Below are positions 18,147 to 28,794 of a stretch of DNA of 64,000 nt, in pieces. Under the pieces are notes generated by a model. It worked only from the letters and a program-made list of their open reading frames with translations. It was not told the DNA's origin and made no database searches. Each line of letters begins with the position of its first letter. Position 1 is the first letter of the stretch. This DNA comes from an uncultured Mycoplasmatota bacterium (GTDB lineage Bacteria > Bacillota_I > Bacilli_A > RF39 > UBA660): the NCBI GenBank assembly GCA_949287595.1, contig CASEGV010000003.1, forward strand, positions 8,490 through 72,489, given 5' to 3'. The position numbers were made by a program, and so were the translations under genes.

Positions 18147-18158
18147 CGTTTTGTTCGA

Positions 18159-18186
18159 TTGACGAACAAATGTTTCTTGCTATAAA
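18159..18186 (+). promoter_or_regulatory. uvrA promoter
   Basis: -35 TTGACG at 18159-18164, a 16-nt spacer, and -10 TATAAA at 18181-18186. Confidence 0.6.
18163..18176. promoter_or_regulatory. LexA (Cheo/DinR) box
   Basis: CGAACAAATGTTTC matches the Bacillus consensus CGAACRNRYGTTYC at every position. It lies in the promoter spacer. Confidence 0.75.
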
Positions 18187-18257
18187 ATAAGTATGCATCA
18201 AATTAATGAAGAAAAAATAACAAAGTTATGTTATAATATGTGGCAGGTGAAGTATAA

Positions 18258-21071
18258 ATGGATAAAATTATTGTAAAAGGTGCAAGAGAAAACAATTTAA
18301 AAAATATAAATATTGAATTACCAAAGAATAAACTTATTGTAATGACTGGTTTATCAGGAAGTGGAAAAAGTAGTTTAGCTTTTGATACTATTTATGCAGA
18401 AGGTCAAAGAAGATATGTAGAAAGTCTTTCGGCCTATGCTAGACAATTTTTAGGTGGAAGTGAAAAACCAGATGTAGATAGTATCGAAGGATTATCCCCT
18501 GCGATTAGTATTGATCAAAAAACAACAAACAACAATCCAAGATCAACAGTAGGAACAGTAACAGAAATTTATGATTATCTAAGACTAATTTTTGCTCGCG
18601 TCGGAGTTCCTTACTGTCCAAACCACAATATTCCAATATCTTCTCAAAGTGTAGAAGAAATGACAAATAAAGTTTTAGAATATCCTGAAGGAACAAAGAT
18701 AATCATCATGTCACCAGTAGTACATGGCGAAAAAGGAACACAAAAAGATTTACTAGAAGATTTACGCAAAGAAGGATATGTTAGAGTTCGTGTTGACGGA
18801 GAAATGATGGATTTATCAGAAGATATCATGCTAGACAAAAACAAAAAACATAAAATTGATGTTGTAATTGATAGATTAATCATCAAAGAAGGTTCTAGAT
18901 CCAGACTATTTGAAGCAATCGAAGGAGCAACCAAACTATCAGAAGGTAAAGTAGTAGTGGAAATATTAGGAGAAAATAAAAAGGAACTAGTATTATCAGA
19001 AGCATTTGCTTGTCCATATTGTGAATTTTCTCTACCAGAATTAGAACCAAGAATCTTTAGTTTCAATGCTCCATATGGTGCTTGTCCAGATTGTAAAGGT
19101 CTAGGAGTGAAGCTACAAATAGATGCAGACTTATTAATTCCAGACAAAGATAAATCCATTGCCGATGGATGTATAAAAACATTAACAGATGACCCGGAAG
19201 GACTAGACTATAAAAAGTTAGAATGTGTTTGTAAGCATTATAAAATAGATATGAAAAAGCCATGGAAAAAATTAACGAAAAAACAACAAGATGTCGTTCT
19301 TTATGGTTCAGATGAAGTAATACATTTTCAGTATTCTTCAAAAAGTGGCAATAAATATAATAGTAGAGATTTCTATGAAGGAATTATAACCAATCTAGAA
19401 AGAAGATACATGGAAACAAGTTCAACATGGATCAGAGAATGGCTAGAAAATTATATGGTAGAACACACTTGCGAGACTTGTCATGGAGCAAGATTAAAAG
19501 ATGACGTATTATCAGTAAAATTAGGTGGAAAAAACATCTATGAAGTAACTGAGATGAGCATTAAAGAGTTAATACCTTTCTTTGATAATCTAGAATTATC
19601 AGAAGAGAAAAAAGAAATAGCCAAATTAGTCATTAAAGAAGTCCAAGACCGACTACATTTCTTAAAAAATGTGGGACTTGAATATTTAACACTAAGTAGA
19701 AGTGCTGGTACCTTATCAGGTGGAGAAGCACAACGTATAAGATTAGCAACGCAAATTGGATCTCACTTGACGGGTGTACTATATGTATTAGATGAGCCAA
19801 GCATTGGACTACATCAACGAGATAATGAAAAATTAATTAATTCTATGTTAGAAATGCGTGACTTAGGAAATACCTTAATTGTAGTGGAACACGATACCGA
19901 TACCATGCTTGCCTGTGACTATTTAGTAGACATTGGACCAGGTGCTGGAGAACATGGAGGACAAGTAGTAGCAGCCGGAACTCCAGAAGAGGTAATGAAA
20001 AATGAAAATAGTATCACAGGACAATATTTGAGTGGAAAGAAATGTATCGAAGTACCAAAAACAAGAAGAAAAGGAAATAAGAAGTTCTTAAAGATAAAAG
20101 GTGCTGAAGAGCACAACTTAAAAAATATTGATGTAGATATTCCTCTTGGAACATTTACCTGTGTAACAGGAGTCTCAGGCAGTGGAAAAAGTAGCTTAGT
20201 AAATGAAATACTTTGTAAAGCAGTAGCCGCAAAAATATATCACTCCAAAGAAAAGCCAGGAAAGCATAAAAAGATTTTAGGACTAGATAATATTGATAAA
20301 ATAGTAGCAATTTCTCAAAACCCGATCGGTAGAACACCAAGATCAAATCCCACAACCTATACAGGAGTATTCGATGACATACGTACATTATTCACAACCA
20401 CCAAAGAAGCGAAAATGTACGGCTTTGAAAAGAATCGTTTCTCATTCAATGTCAAAGGCGGGCGTTGTGAAGCTTGTCGTGGAGATGGTGTGAAAAAAAT
20501 AGAAATGCACTTCTTACCAGATGTTTATGTACCATGTGAAGTATGTCATGGAACAAGGTATAATAGAGAAACATTAAACATAAAATATAAAGGAAAAAAT
20601 ATTGCAGAAGTACTAGACATGAGAGTATCAGAAGCCCTAGAGTTTTTCTCAAACGTACCAAAAATCAAAAACAAACTCCAAGTATTAGAAGATGTAGGAC
20701 TTGGTTATATTAAATTAGGTCAACCAGCTCCAACCCTTTCAGGAGGAGAAGCAGAACGTGTAAAATTAGCAAAAGAATTACAGAAAAAAGCAACCGGAAA
20801 GACCTTATTTGTACTAGACGAACCAACGACTGGACTTCACACGGATGACATTAAGCGTTTGCTTGCAATTTTACAAAAAATAGTAGATAATAAAGATACG
20901 GTAGTAGTGATTGAACACAATCTAGATGTAATCAAAGTTGCTGACTATATCATTGACCTAGGTCCTGAAGGTGGAGATGAAGGAGGACAAATTGTTGCAA
21001 CAGGAACTCCAGAAGAAGTCGCAAAAGTAAAAGAATCATATACAGGCCAATTTTTAAAGAAGATTTTGTAA
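18258..21071 (+). CDS. uvrA: Excinuclease ABC subunit A
   Basis: Two ABC modules (GLSGSGKSS and GVSGSGKSS), zinc-finger Cys clusters, and a duplicated LSGGEAQR/LSGGEAER signature. Confidence 0.97.
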   Translation: MDKIIVKGARENNLKNINIELPKNKLIVMTGLSGSGKSSLAFDTIYAEGQRRYVESLSAYARQFLGGSEKPDVDSIEGLSPAISIDQKTTNNNPRSTVGTVTEIYDYLRLIFARVGVPYCPNHNIPISSQSVEEMTNKVLEYPEGTKIIIMSPVVHGEKGTQKDLLEDLRKEGYVRVRVDGEMMDLSEDIMLDKNKKHKIDVVIDRLIIKEGSRSRLFEAIEGATKLSEGKVVVEILGENKKELVLSEAFACPYCEFSLPELEPRIFSFNAPYGACPDCKGLGVKLQIDADLLIPDKDKSIADGCIKTLTDDPEGLDYKKLECVCKHYKIDMKKPWKKLTKKQQDVVLYGSDEVIHFQYSSKSGNKYNSRDFYEGIITNLERRYMETSSTWIREWLENYMVEHTCETCHGARLKDDVLSVKLGGKNIYEVTEMSIKELIPFFDNLELSEEKKEIAKLVIKEVQDRLHFLKNVGLEYLTLSRSAGTLSGGEAQRIRLATQIGSHLTGVLYVLDEPSIGLHQRDNEKLINSMLEMRDLGNTLIVVEHDTDTMLACDYLVDIGPGAGEHGGQVVAAGTPEEVMKNENSITGQYLSGKKCIEVPKTRRKGNKKFLKIKGAEEHNLKNIDVDIPLGTFTCVTGVSGSGKSSLVNEILCKAVAAKIYHSKEKPGKHKKILGLDNIDKIVAISQNPIGRTPRSNPTTYTGVFDDIRTLFTTTKEAKMYGFEKNRFSFNVKGGRCEACRGDGVKKIEMHFLPDVYVPCEVCHGTRYNRETLNIKYKGKNIAEVLDMRVSEALEFFSNVPKIKNKLQVLEDVGLGYIKLGQPAPTLSGGEAERVKLAKELQKKATGKTLFVLDEPTTGLHTDDIKRLLAILQKIVDNKDTVVVIEHNLDVIKVADYIIDLGPEGGDEGGQIVATGTPEEVAKVKESYTGQFLKKIL

Positions 21072-21097
21072 AAGAATAAAAGCAAAGAAGGATGTTT

Positions 21098-21883
21098 ATG
21101 AATCAAGTAGCATTAGATTTAGGTATAATTCAAATATATTGGTATTCCATCTTTATATTCCTAGGTATGTTAGTAGCGTGTATTTTAATATATAGAGAAT
21201 CAAAAAAAAGAGGAATAGAAGAAAACTTCTTAGTAAACCTAGCATTTAACACCATAATCATAGGAATTATAGGTGCAAGATTATATTATGTATTATTTAA
21301 TCTATCTTATTACTTAGATAGACCATTAGAAATATTACAAATTTGGAATGGTGGTCTCGCAATTCATGGCGGTATTATAGCTGGATTAATAGTGGTACTT
21401 GTCTCTTGTAAAAAACATAAGGTAAATATCTGGAAAATGCTAGATATCATTGTAGTTGGTCTAATTATTGCTCAAGCCATAGGGCGCTGGGGAAATTTCT
21501 TTAACAGTGAAGCATATGGTCCAGTCACGACAGCGGCTCATCTAAAGTCATTAGGAATACCAAACTTTGTAATACAAGGCATGTATATTTTAGGAGAATA
21601 TAGACAACCTACATTCTTTTATGAGTCAGTATGGTGTTTCTTTGGCTTTTTAGCAATGCTATTAATACGAAGATTTAAATACTTAAAATTAGGTCAATTA
21701 ACAGGTTTCTATCTACTATGGTATGGTATCATCAGATTATTTATAGAAGGAATGAGAACAGATTCCCTAATGCTTGGAACATTTAAAATGGCACAAATTG
21801 TATCAATAGTATTTATCGTATCTGGACTAATTATTATCATTGTCAATATGTTAAGAAAGAATAATAAGCAATATAATGCATAA
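21098..21883 (+). CDS. lgt: Prolipoprotein diacylglyceryl transferase
   Basis: Motifs WNGGLAIHGG and GRWGNFFNSEAYG. ATG 21098 has better RBS spacing than the listed 21092. Confidence 0.9.
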   Translation: MNQVALDLGIIQIYWYSIFIFLGMLVACILIYRESKKRGIEENFLVNLAFNTIIIGIIGARLYYVLFNLSYYLDRPLEILQIWNGGLAIHGGIIAGLIVVLVSCKKHKVNIWKMLDIIVVGLIIAQAIGRWGNFFNSEAYGPVTTAAHLKSLGIPNFVIQGMYILGEYRQPTFFYESVWCFFGFLAMLLIRRFKYLKLGQLTGFYLLWYGIIRLFIEGMRTDSLMLGTFKMAQIVSIVFIVSGLIIIIVNMLRKNNKQYNA

Positions 21884-21897
21884 CAGGAGGAAAGAGT

Positions 21898-22851
21898 ATG
21901 TATAAGAAAGTTGTAGTGTTTGGTGGAGGAACAGGAATATCCTATTTATTGAGAGGATTAAAAGATTTTCCTGTAGATATTACTGCGGTAATCACAGTAT
22001 CAGATAACGGACGTTCCACCGGAAAATTAAGAAAGGAATTTAATACACCAGCAGTAGGAGATATTAGAAAGGTAATTACGGCCTTATCTGAAATTGATGA
22101 ACCTATTAAAGCGATGATGGAATATAGATTCCACACTTCCAGTGACTTAGATGGCCATGCCATGGGAAATTTAATTCTAACTTCTATGTTAGATATTACA
22201 GGCTCATTAAAAGAAGCGATTTTCTCACTAAGTAAATTATTCGATGTAAAGCATACCGTGTTACCAATATCAGAAGACTCCTCTCTAACGTTAATGGGAT
22301 TAGATAAAGCTGGTAATATAATTGAGGGAGAAGAACAAATTACAAAATCAGAACAAAAGATTGAAAAAATATTCTATAAGGAAGAACCAAAAGTCCTACC
22401 TGAAGTAATAACAGCCATAGCAGAAGCAGACTTAATCATCTTCAGCATGGGTAGTCTATATACTAGTATTTTACCAAATGTTATCTGTAACGAAGTAAAG
22501 AGAGCTTTAAAAGACACAAAAGCTCCAATTATGTATTTATGCAATGCTGTAACTCAACCTGGAGAAACAGACAATTTCACAGTTAGTGACCATGTAAGAC
22601 TATTAAATAAATATCTAGACTTTAGAAAAATCGATGTAGTAATTGCTAGTAACACTAAAATAGATAAAAAGATTGCCGAAAAATATGCAACGGCAGAACA
22701 AAAAGATCCTGTAAAAATAGATTATGCAGCATTAGAAAACCTTGGTGTAGAATTAATTGAAGATGACTTAATAACAATAGAAGCAAACACCTTAAGACAT
22801 AACAGCCTAAAGTTAAGTACTCTAATATTTAATTATTTAATGAGGGATTAA
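21898..22851 (+). CDS. yvcK: YvcK-family (CofD-like) gluconeogenesis/morphology factor
   Basis: N-terminal VVVFGGGTGISYLLRGLK and GDIRK motifs, plus the conserved position upstream of whiA. Confidence 0.85.
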   Translation: MYKKVVVFGGGTGISYLLRGLKDFPVDITAVITVSDNGRSTGKLRKEFNTPAVGDIRKVITALSEIDEPIKAMMEYRFHTSSDLDGHAMGNLILTSMLDITGSLKEAIFSLSKLFDVKHTVLPISEDSSLTLMGLDKAGNIIEGEEQITKSEQKIEKIFYKEEPKVLPEVITAIAEADLIIFSMGSLYTSILPNVICNEVKRALKDTKAPIMYLCNAVTQPGETDNFTVSDHVRLLNKYLDFRKIDVVIASNTKIDKKIAEKYATAEQKDPVKIDYAALENLGVELIEDDLITIEANTLRHNSLKLSTLIFNYLMRD

Positions 22852-22852
22852 C

Positions 22853-23797
22853 ATGTCATATACAACAGATATTAAAGAAGAAATTTCTAAAAATAATGCT
22901 TCAAAATCAGAAATGATTGCAGAGTTATCTGGATATATTAGAAATAATGGACATCAAACACAAAATGGCTTTCAATTAACAACAGAAAATCCTCTTATTT
23001 GTGAAAGAATTGAAAAACAAATAGAAACACTTTATGAAGTAAAAATAAAAAAAGAAATAAAAGACAATCTAAACTTTAGTAAGAAAGACTTACTAGCACT
23101 AACACTAGAAGAAAAAAAAGACTTTATCTTAGAAGATATTGGCTATCAAGATAAGCAAGGAGAATATTTAGAAAAACCTCCCCAGTATATTGTTGGTGCT
23201 AACGAAGAAATTAGAGCATATTTAAGAGGTGTTTTCTTAGCATCAGGAAGTATTAATGACCCTAGAACTTCAAGATACCATATGGAATTATTAATAGAAG
23301 AATCAGGAGAAGCCGTATTTGTACAAAAACTATTAAACTTATTTGATTTAAACGTAAAAATTCTAACTAGGGATAAAGGCTATATGCTATATATTAAAGA
23401 AGCAGATAAAATAAGTGACTTTTTAAAAATAATAAAGGCAAATAATGCAGTATTATATTTTGAAAACCAAAGAATTTATAGAAATCAAAAAAATCAGGCG
23501 AATCGCCTAAATAATTGTGAACAAGCCAATATGGATAAAGTGGTAGCAACAGCAACTGCACAACTAGATGATATTGCCATTATCGAAGATAATCTAGGAA
23601 TTAGTCTGTTAGATGATAAAACGCAACAAGCTCTAGAGTATCGAAAGAAATATCCAGAAGCATCGCTAAAAGAATTAAGTGAAATTATATCTCTAGAAAC
23701 AGGAACCTCAATAACGAAATCAGGGCTAAATCATAGATTTAGAAAGATTAAGGAACTAGCAACAAGATTTAAAAAATTAGAAAATAAGGAAAAATAA
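22853..23797 (+). CDS. whiA: Sporulation/cell-division regulator WhiA
   Basis: Has the typical N-terminus, a LAGLIDADG-like middle region (YLRGVFLASGSINDP) and a C-terminal HTH (SKSGLNHRFRKI). Confidence 0.9.
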   Translation: MSYTTDIKEEISKNNASKSEMIAELSGYIRNNGHQTQNGFQLTTENPLICERIEKQIETLYEVKIKKEIKDNLNFSKKDLLALTLEEKKDFILEDIGYQDKQGEYLEKPPQYIVGANEEIRAYLRGVFLASGSINDPRTSRYHMELLIEESGEAVFVQKLLNLFDLNVKILTRDKGYMLYIKEADKISDFLKIIKANNAVLYFENQRIYRNQKNQANRLNNCEQANMDKVVATATAQLDDIAIIEDNLGISLLDDKTQQALEYRKKYPEASLKELSEIISLETGTSITKSGLNHRFRKIKELATRFKKLENKEK

Positions 23798-23828
23798 CTA
23801 TTAGATGACCCTAATAGTTTTATTTTTG
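23796..23828. terminator. Bidirectional terminator hairpin between whiA and clpP
   Basis: AACTATTAG-atgacc-CTAATAGTT with T-rich flanks on both strands. Confidence 0.65.
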
Positions 23829-24395
23829 AATTATTTTGTCAACAAGGCCATATTCCATGGCTTCTTTGGCATCCAAATAATAATCACGTTCCGTATCTTT
23901 TTCTATTTTACGAAGAGTCTGCTTCGTGTTTTTAGCAAGAATTTTATTTAATCTTTTACGAAGCAACACGATATGATCAGAGGTAATCTTAATATCACTA
24001 GCTTGTCCTTCTGCACCGCCTAGAGGTTGATGTATCATAATATCAGAATTAGGTAAAGCAAACCTTTTACCAATAGTACCAGAAGAAAGTAAAAAAGCTC
24101 CCATACTTGCTGCCATACCAACACAAATAGTAGATACATCACTAGAAATAAATTGCATAGTATCATAAATAGCAAGACCAGAAGAAACACTACCACCTGG
24201 AGAATTAATATAAATAGAAATATCGTCATGATTAATAGAATCTAAGTATAACAAAGAAGCAATCACACTATTAGCTAAAGAGTCGTTAATCTCACCACTG
24301 ATAAAAATAATTCTCTCTTTTAACAATCTAGAAAAAATATCATAGCTACGTTCTCCATCTAATTCTTTTTCAATAACTACAGGAACTAAACTCAT
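23820..24395 (-). CDS. clpP: ATP-dependent Clp protease proteolytic subunit
   Basis: MSLVPVVIE...[20 protein letters not shown] (the Ser in GMAASMG is the catalytic residue), and a catalytic His in MIHQPLGG. The start is trimmed to ATG 24395; the listed 24503 adds a hydrophobic artefact. Confidence 0.95.
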   Translation of the reverse strand: MSLVPVVIEKELDGERSYDIFSRLLKERIIFISGEINDSLANSVIASLLYLDSINHDDISIYINSPGGSVSSGLAIYDTMQFISSDVSTICVGMAASMGAFLLSSGTIGKRFALPNSDIMIHQPLGGAEGQASDIKITSDHIVLLRKRLNKILAKNTKQTLRKIEKDTERDYYLDAKEAMEYGLVDKIIQK

Positions 24396-24504
24396 ATTTA
24401 TATCACCTATCTTTAGTATAGATGTAAAGAAAATAAAATATGTATATTTCAAAACGACAAAGTATGATACAATAATAAGAGAAAATAAAAAAGGGTGAAG
24501 CAAA

Positions 24505-26160
24505 ATGATAGAAACATTAGAAGTAGAAATAAGAGGAAAAAAATATCAATTAAGTAAGGGAATGACTTTAGAAGAAATTGCTAAAGAGTTTCAAAAAGAT
24601 TATAAATATCCAATTTTATTAGCAAAAGTAAATAATAAATTAGAAGAGTTAACAAACGAAGTAGATGAAAATTCTAAAATAGAGTTTTGTGATTTAACAA
24701 CCAGAGAAGCAAATAGAACACATATTAGTGGACTTACCTATGTACTACTATATACAATAAAGAAATTATTTGGAGAAGATGCTAATATCTTTGTCCAACA
24801 TTCTCTAGATAAAGGACTATATATTGAAACGAATTTTAAACTAACAGAAACTAGAATGAAAAATATCAAAGAAGGCATGAAAAAAATAATAGAAGCAGAT
24901 ATGCCTATTATTAAAAGTACTGTAGATAGATCAGAAGCAATTAAATATTTTAATAGTAAAAATGATAAGACGAAGGCTGGAGTAATGACCTATAATACGA
25001 ATAGTTATATTACGTTATATCGTCTAGGAAATTATTATAATTATTTTTATAATCTAATGCCAACTTCTACAGGAAAAGTAAAAGATTTTGATATAACCTT
25101 TATTAAGGATAATGGTTTTGTACTACAATTTCCAACAGTCTATATTCCAGACAAAATTCCACCATACAAACACCATCCACACATGTTTGAAGTCTTCCAA
25201 GAATGTCGTGACTGGGCCAAAATAATAGGAGTGGAAAACTCTGTTGATTTAAATAAGGTAGTATCATTAGGTAAAATTAATGATTTAATAAGAATTGATG
25301 AAACATTACAAAGCAATCGCCTATTAAATTTAGCAAGAGAAATAAACAAGAGAAGAAAAGATATAAAAATTGTCTTAATGGCTGGACCTTCTTCTTCAGG
25401 AAAGACAACAACATCTAAGAAATTATGTATGTACTTAGAAAGTTTTGGACTTCATCCAAAAGTATTATCTATGGATGACTACTTTGTAGAACGAGAAGAA
25501 ACACCATTAGATGAAAATGGAAAACCAGACTATGAATGTTTAGAAGCAATCGATATGAAGTTGTTTGATAAACAAATCGAAGACTTGTTAAAAGGAAAAA
25601 AAGTAACCATTCCAACATATAGCTTTTTGGTTGGCAAAAAAGAATTTAATAAAGAAATCACATTAGGAGAAGAAGATATTCTAGTAATAGAAGGAATACA
25701 TGCACTAGATAATAAGGTACTAACTAATATCCCAAGAGCTAAAAAATACAAAATATATATTTCTGCGTTAACAGAGTTAAACTTAGATGACCATAATCGT
25801 GTATCAACAACCGACAACCGTATGTTAAGAAGAATAATAAGAGATAATAGAACAAGAAATAATAATGTAGAGCATACCTTAAAATCTTGGGATAGCGTAA
25901 GACGTGGAGAAGAAAAATATATCTTCCCATTCCAAGATGATGCTGATTTTACATTTAATTCAGCTTTAATTTATGAAATTGGTGTCTTAAAAACTTATGT
26001 AGAACCACTACTTTATTCGGTTCCACAAGACTCTCCATATTATGAAGAAGCAAAAAGATTAATAAACTTTTTAAGATTATTTTTACCAATTCCCGCAGAT
26101 GTTGTTCCACAAGACTCTATCTTAAGAGAATTTATTGGCGGAAGCTGTTTTCATGAATAA
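24505..26160 (+). CDS. Uridine/nucleoside kinase-family protein with a ThrRS/TGS-like N-terminal region
   Basis: P-loop GPSSSGKTT in the C-terminal PRK/Udk-like half. The N-terminal region of about 280 aa resembles the ThrRS-type second additional domain. Confidence 0.65.
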   Translation: MIETLEVEIRGKKYQLSKGMTLEEIAKEFQKDYKYPILLAKVNNKLEELTNEVDENSKIEFCDLTTREANRTHISGLTYVLLYTIKKLFGEDANIFVQHSLDKGLYIETNFKLTETRMKNIKEGMKKIIEADMPIIKSTVDRSEAIKYFNSKNDKTKAGVMTYNTNSYITLYRLGNYYNYFYNLMPTSTGKVKDFDITFIKDNGFVLQFPTVYIPDKIPPYKHHPHMFEVFQECRDWAKIIGVENSVDLNKVVSLGKINDLIRIDETLQSNRLLNLAREINKRRKDIKIVLMAGPSSSGKTTTSKKLCMYLESFGLHPKVLSMDDYFVEREETPLDENGKPDYECLEAIDMKLFDKQIEDLLKGKKVTIPTYSFLVGKKEFNKEITLGEEDILVIEGIHALDNKVLTNIPRAKKYKIYISALTELNLDDHNRVSTTDNRMLRRIIRDNRTRNNNVEHTLKSWDSVRRGEEKYIFPFQDDADFTFNSALIYEIGVLKTYVEPLLYSVPQDSPYYEEAKRLINFLRLFLPIPADVVPQDSILREFIGGSCFHE

Positions 26161-26188
26161 TATCCACAAAACCTGTGGATATTTTCTT
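26160..26188 (+). terminator. Intrinsic terminator
   Basis: ATATCCACA-aaacc-TGTGGATAT followed by TTTCTT. Confidence 0.8.
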
Positions 26189-26272
26189 GCGACAAAAAAG
26201 TGTCAAAAAACTTAGAATATATTGAAACAAAAAAAAGAACACTATATAATGAAAATAAAGGAGGAATAATAA

Positions 26273-27277
26273 ATGGTAAGAGTAGCAATCAACGGATTCG
26301 GAAGAATTGGAAGACTAGCTTTTCGACTAATGGAAGAAGATCCAGAATTTGAAGTTGTCGCAATTAACGACTTAACAGATGCTGAGCAATTAGCATACTT
26401 ATTAAAGTACGATACAAATCATAGAAATTATCGTATTGATGAAATTCATAGTGAAAATGATACAATTGTAGTAGGAGATAGAAGTATTAAAGTATATGCT
26501 GAAACAGATCCATCCCTATTACCATGGAAAGATTTAGATATCGATGTAGTACTAGAATGTACTGGCAAATTTACATCAGAAGAAAAAGCTATGGCACATA
26601 TTAATGCCGGAGCTAAAAAAGTAATTATTTCTGCTCCAGCAAAAGGAGACGTTAAAACAATTGTTTATAACGTTAACCATATGATTTTAACAGGAGAAGA
26701 AAAAATTATTTCTGCAGCTAGCTGTACAACAAATTGCTTAGCACCAGTAGTAGATGTATTAGATAAAGCCTTTGGAATTGTAAAAGGTTATATGACAACA
26801 GTACATGCTTATACAAATGATCAAGCAACTCTTGATGTGCCTCATAAAAAAGGAATTAAAGCTCGTCGTGGAAGAGCTTGTGCTGCAAATATTGTTCCAG
26901 CATCAACAGGAGCAGCATCTGCAATTGGTAAAGTTTGCCCTAATCTAGATGGAAAACTAGATGGAGCAGCAATGCGTGTACCAGTACCAACTGGTTCTGT
27001 CATTGATTTAGTACTTGAATTCTCAAAGAATACAACAGCTGAAGAAATTAATGAAGTATTAAAATCATCTCAAAATGAAACATTACAATATACAGATGAT
27101 CCTATTGTATCAAGTGATGTTATCGGAAGACATTGTGGTTCTTTAGTAGACGGACTATCTACTAGTGTTCTAGAAGTAGATGGAAAACAACTAGTAAGAG
27201 TAGTTTCTTGGTATGACAATGAAATGAGTTATACTGCTCAAATGATAAGAACTGCAAAATATGTATCTAATCTATAA
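26273..27277 (+). CDS. gap: Glyceraldehyde-3-phosphate dehydrogenase
   Basis: Motifs INGFGRIGR and the active site SCTTNCLAP. Confidence 0.96.
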   Translation: MVRVAINGFGRIGRLAFRLMEEDPEFEVVAINDLTDAEQLAYLLKYDTNHRNYRIDEIHSENDTIVVGDRSIKVYAETDPSLLPWKDLDIDVVLECTGKFTSEEKAMAHINAGAKKVIISAPAKGDVKTIVYNVNHMILTGEEKIISAASCTTNCLAPVVDVLDKAFGIVKGYMTTVHAYTNDQATLDVPHKKGIKARRGRACAANIVPASTGAASAIGKVCPNLDGKLDGAAMRVPVPTGSVIDLVLEFSKNTTAEEINEVLKSSQNETLQYTDDPIVSSDVIGRHCGSLVDGLSTSVLEVDGKQLVRVVSWYDNEMSYTAQMIRTAKYVSNL

Positions 27278-27283
27278 TACATA

Positions 27284-27312
27284 AAAAGATATGAATAGCC
27301 ATATCTTTTTTC
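27284..27312 (+). terminator. Intrinsic terminator after gap
   Basis: AAAAGATATG-aatagc-CATATCTTTT followed by a T run. Confidence 0.9.
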
Positions 27313-27373
27313 TTTACTTTTCATCTTTATAAACTATAATATAAAAAAAGCAAGTTTAAAGGAGATAAGTAAA

Positions 27374-28702
27374 ATGCCAGAAACGATAAAAACCAAAGAA
27401 AAAGAAAAGTGCTTAGAATTAATAAAAGAATTAGAAGAGGTAATAAGTAGTTTAGAAAAGCAAGGATATAACTGTGAATATTATAAAGCAGGTATAGAAG
27501 TCATAAAAAATACAGAAAGTGATATTAGTACTCATGACTTTATAAAAACATCATATGGACCCGATTTAAAATATGGTGTAGCTATGGTTTTACAAGATAA
27601 TTATCTAGCTCATCTAAAAGAATTAGAAAAATATAAAAGTGAACTTATAATAAGAGAAGAACAAGATAAAAAATTAGAAGAAATTTTAAGTCGTGCTGAT
27701 AAAGAGATACAATATGATATGGATAGTAAATTATTAATAGATTATATAGATCAATTAACTCCATATCTAAGAACTGTAATAAAGAACTCGAGCATTCCAT
27801 CATTAGCAAAAATAATATACCGCATAATAAAAGTAGAATACAGCAAAAACTTTACTACAGAAATGTTATCCCGCTTAAATAGTAGTATGTTTCCAATAAT
27901 GAAAACAAAGATTTTTAGTATAATGACAGAAACAGAACGCTATCAAACAATAACAAACGAAGTAGAGAGATATTTAAAAGAAGATTTGAAAAAATATAAT
28001 ATAAGTGCATCTAAGCCAGTAGACTCCATGGTAATAGAACAAATAGTAACACAAGATAATAAAAGCTTCGTATCATTAGATGATAGATTAGCAGACTATA
28101 AAATTGATGCCAGTAATTTTCCTACCGTAGAAGAAGAAAAACCATCTGAAAAAACAACAACTTTCTATAGAGCCTTACGAGATAAATTATTATTTTTAAA
28201 GGATAAATGGTCAAAAAAAGTACAACCTGAACCTCCTACTTTTGAAGAAGAAGTGGGAATAATAATAAATACTCCTAATTTAAAAGATCCTAACAATACC
28301 AATATAGGTATATATGAAGCACAACTAAAAAGACCTTATGAATTCGGAGTAACAACTGTCTTTCATCAACGCACTCGTTCAAATATTAGAAGAGATTTAT
28401 TACCACCAGATGCACTATTTGTTTTATATGATGAACTTCATCCAGAGGCAGCATACGAAATTATAACCGGTAGAAAAATAGATGTACTATCTTCTACAGA
28501 AGGAAATTTACCTGCAATGTTTATCGAAAGAAAGAATGAAGATACAGAAAAATTTGATATTTTATGGCCTAACGAGCTAGAAGATTATTTAAAAATAGAG
28601 AAAGGCACTTTAAATAAACAATTAGATTACTGGGAATATGAAGGAAAAAAAGGTATCTATAATCGAACACCAAGCCACAGTTATCAAAAAAAGAAAATGT
28701 AA
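27374..28702 (+). CDS. Hypothetical 442-aa protein between gap and pgk
   Basis: AAGGAG RBS and a long ORF. K/E-rich helical N-terminal half. No recognisable motif. Confidence 0.6.
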   Translation: MPETIKTKEKEKCLELIKELEEVISSLEKQGYNCEYYKAGIEVIKNTESDISTHDFIKTSYGPDLKYGVAMVLQDNYLAHLKELEKYKSELIIREEQDKKLEEILSRADKEIQYDMDSKLLIDYIDQLTPYLRTVIKNSSIPSLAKIIYRIIKVEYSKNFTTEMLSRLNSSMFPIMKTKIFSIMTETERYQTITNEVERYLKEDLKKYNISASKPVDSMVIEQIVTQDNKSFVSLDDRLADYKIDASNFPTVEEEKPSEKTTTFYRALRDKLLFLKDKWSKKVQPEPPTFEEEVGIIINTPNLKDPNNTNIGIYEAQLKRPYEFGVTTVFHQRTRSNIRRDLLPPDALFVLYDELHPEAAYEIITGRKIDVLSSTEGNLPAMFIERKNEDTEKFDILWPNELEDYLKIEKGTLNKQLDYWEYEGKKGIYNRTPSHSYQKKKM

Positions 28703-28794
28703 TAATCAATTTATTGTAAAATTTATGGCAGAAAAACTAGACTATATTGAAAAAAAATAAGAAAAAGACTAAAATAATATCAGGAGGATAGATA

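Noticed and set aside
18644-19159. 171-aa minus-strand ORF, plus several 60-90-aa minus ORFs at 18505-20661
   Set aside because: All are antisense to the unambiguous uvrA gene, so they are shadow frames.
24396-24504. Looked for a CtsR operator (GGTCAAA direct repeat) or CIRCE element in the clpP promoter region
   Set aside because: Neither GGTCAAA nor TTGACC is present, so no claim is made.
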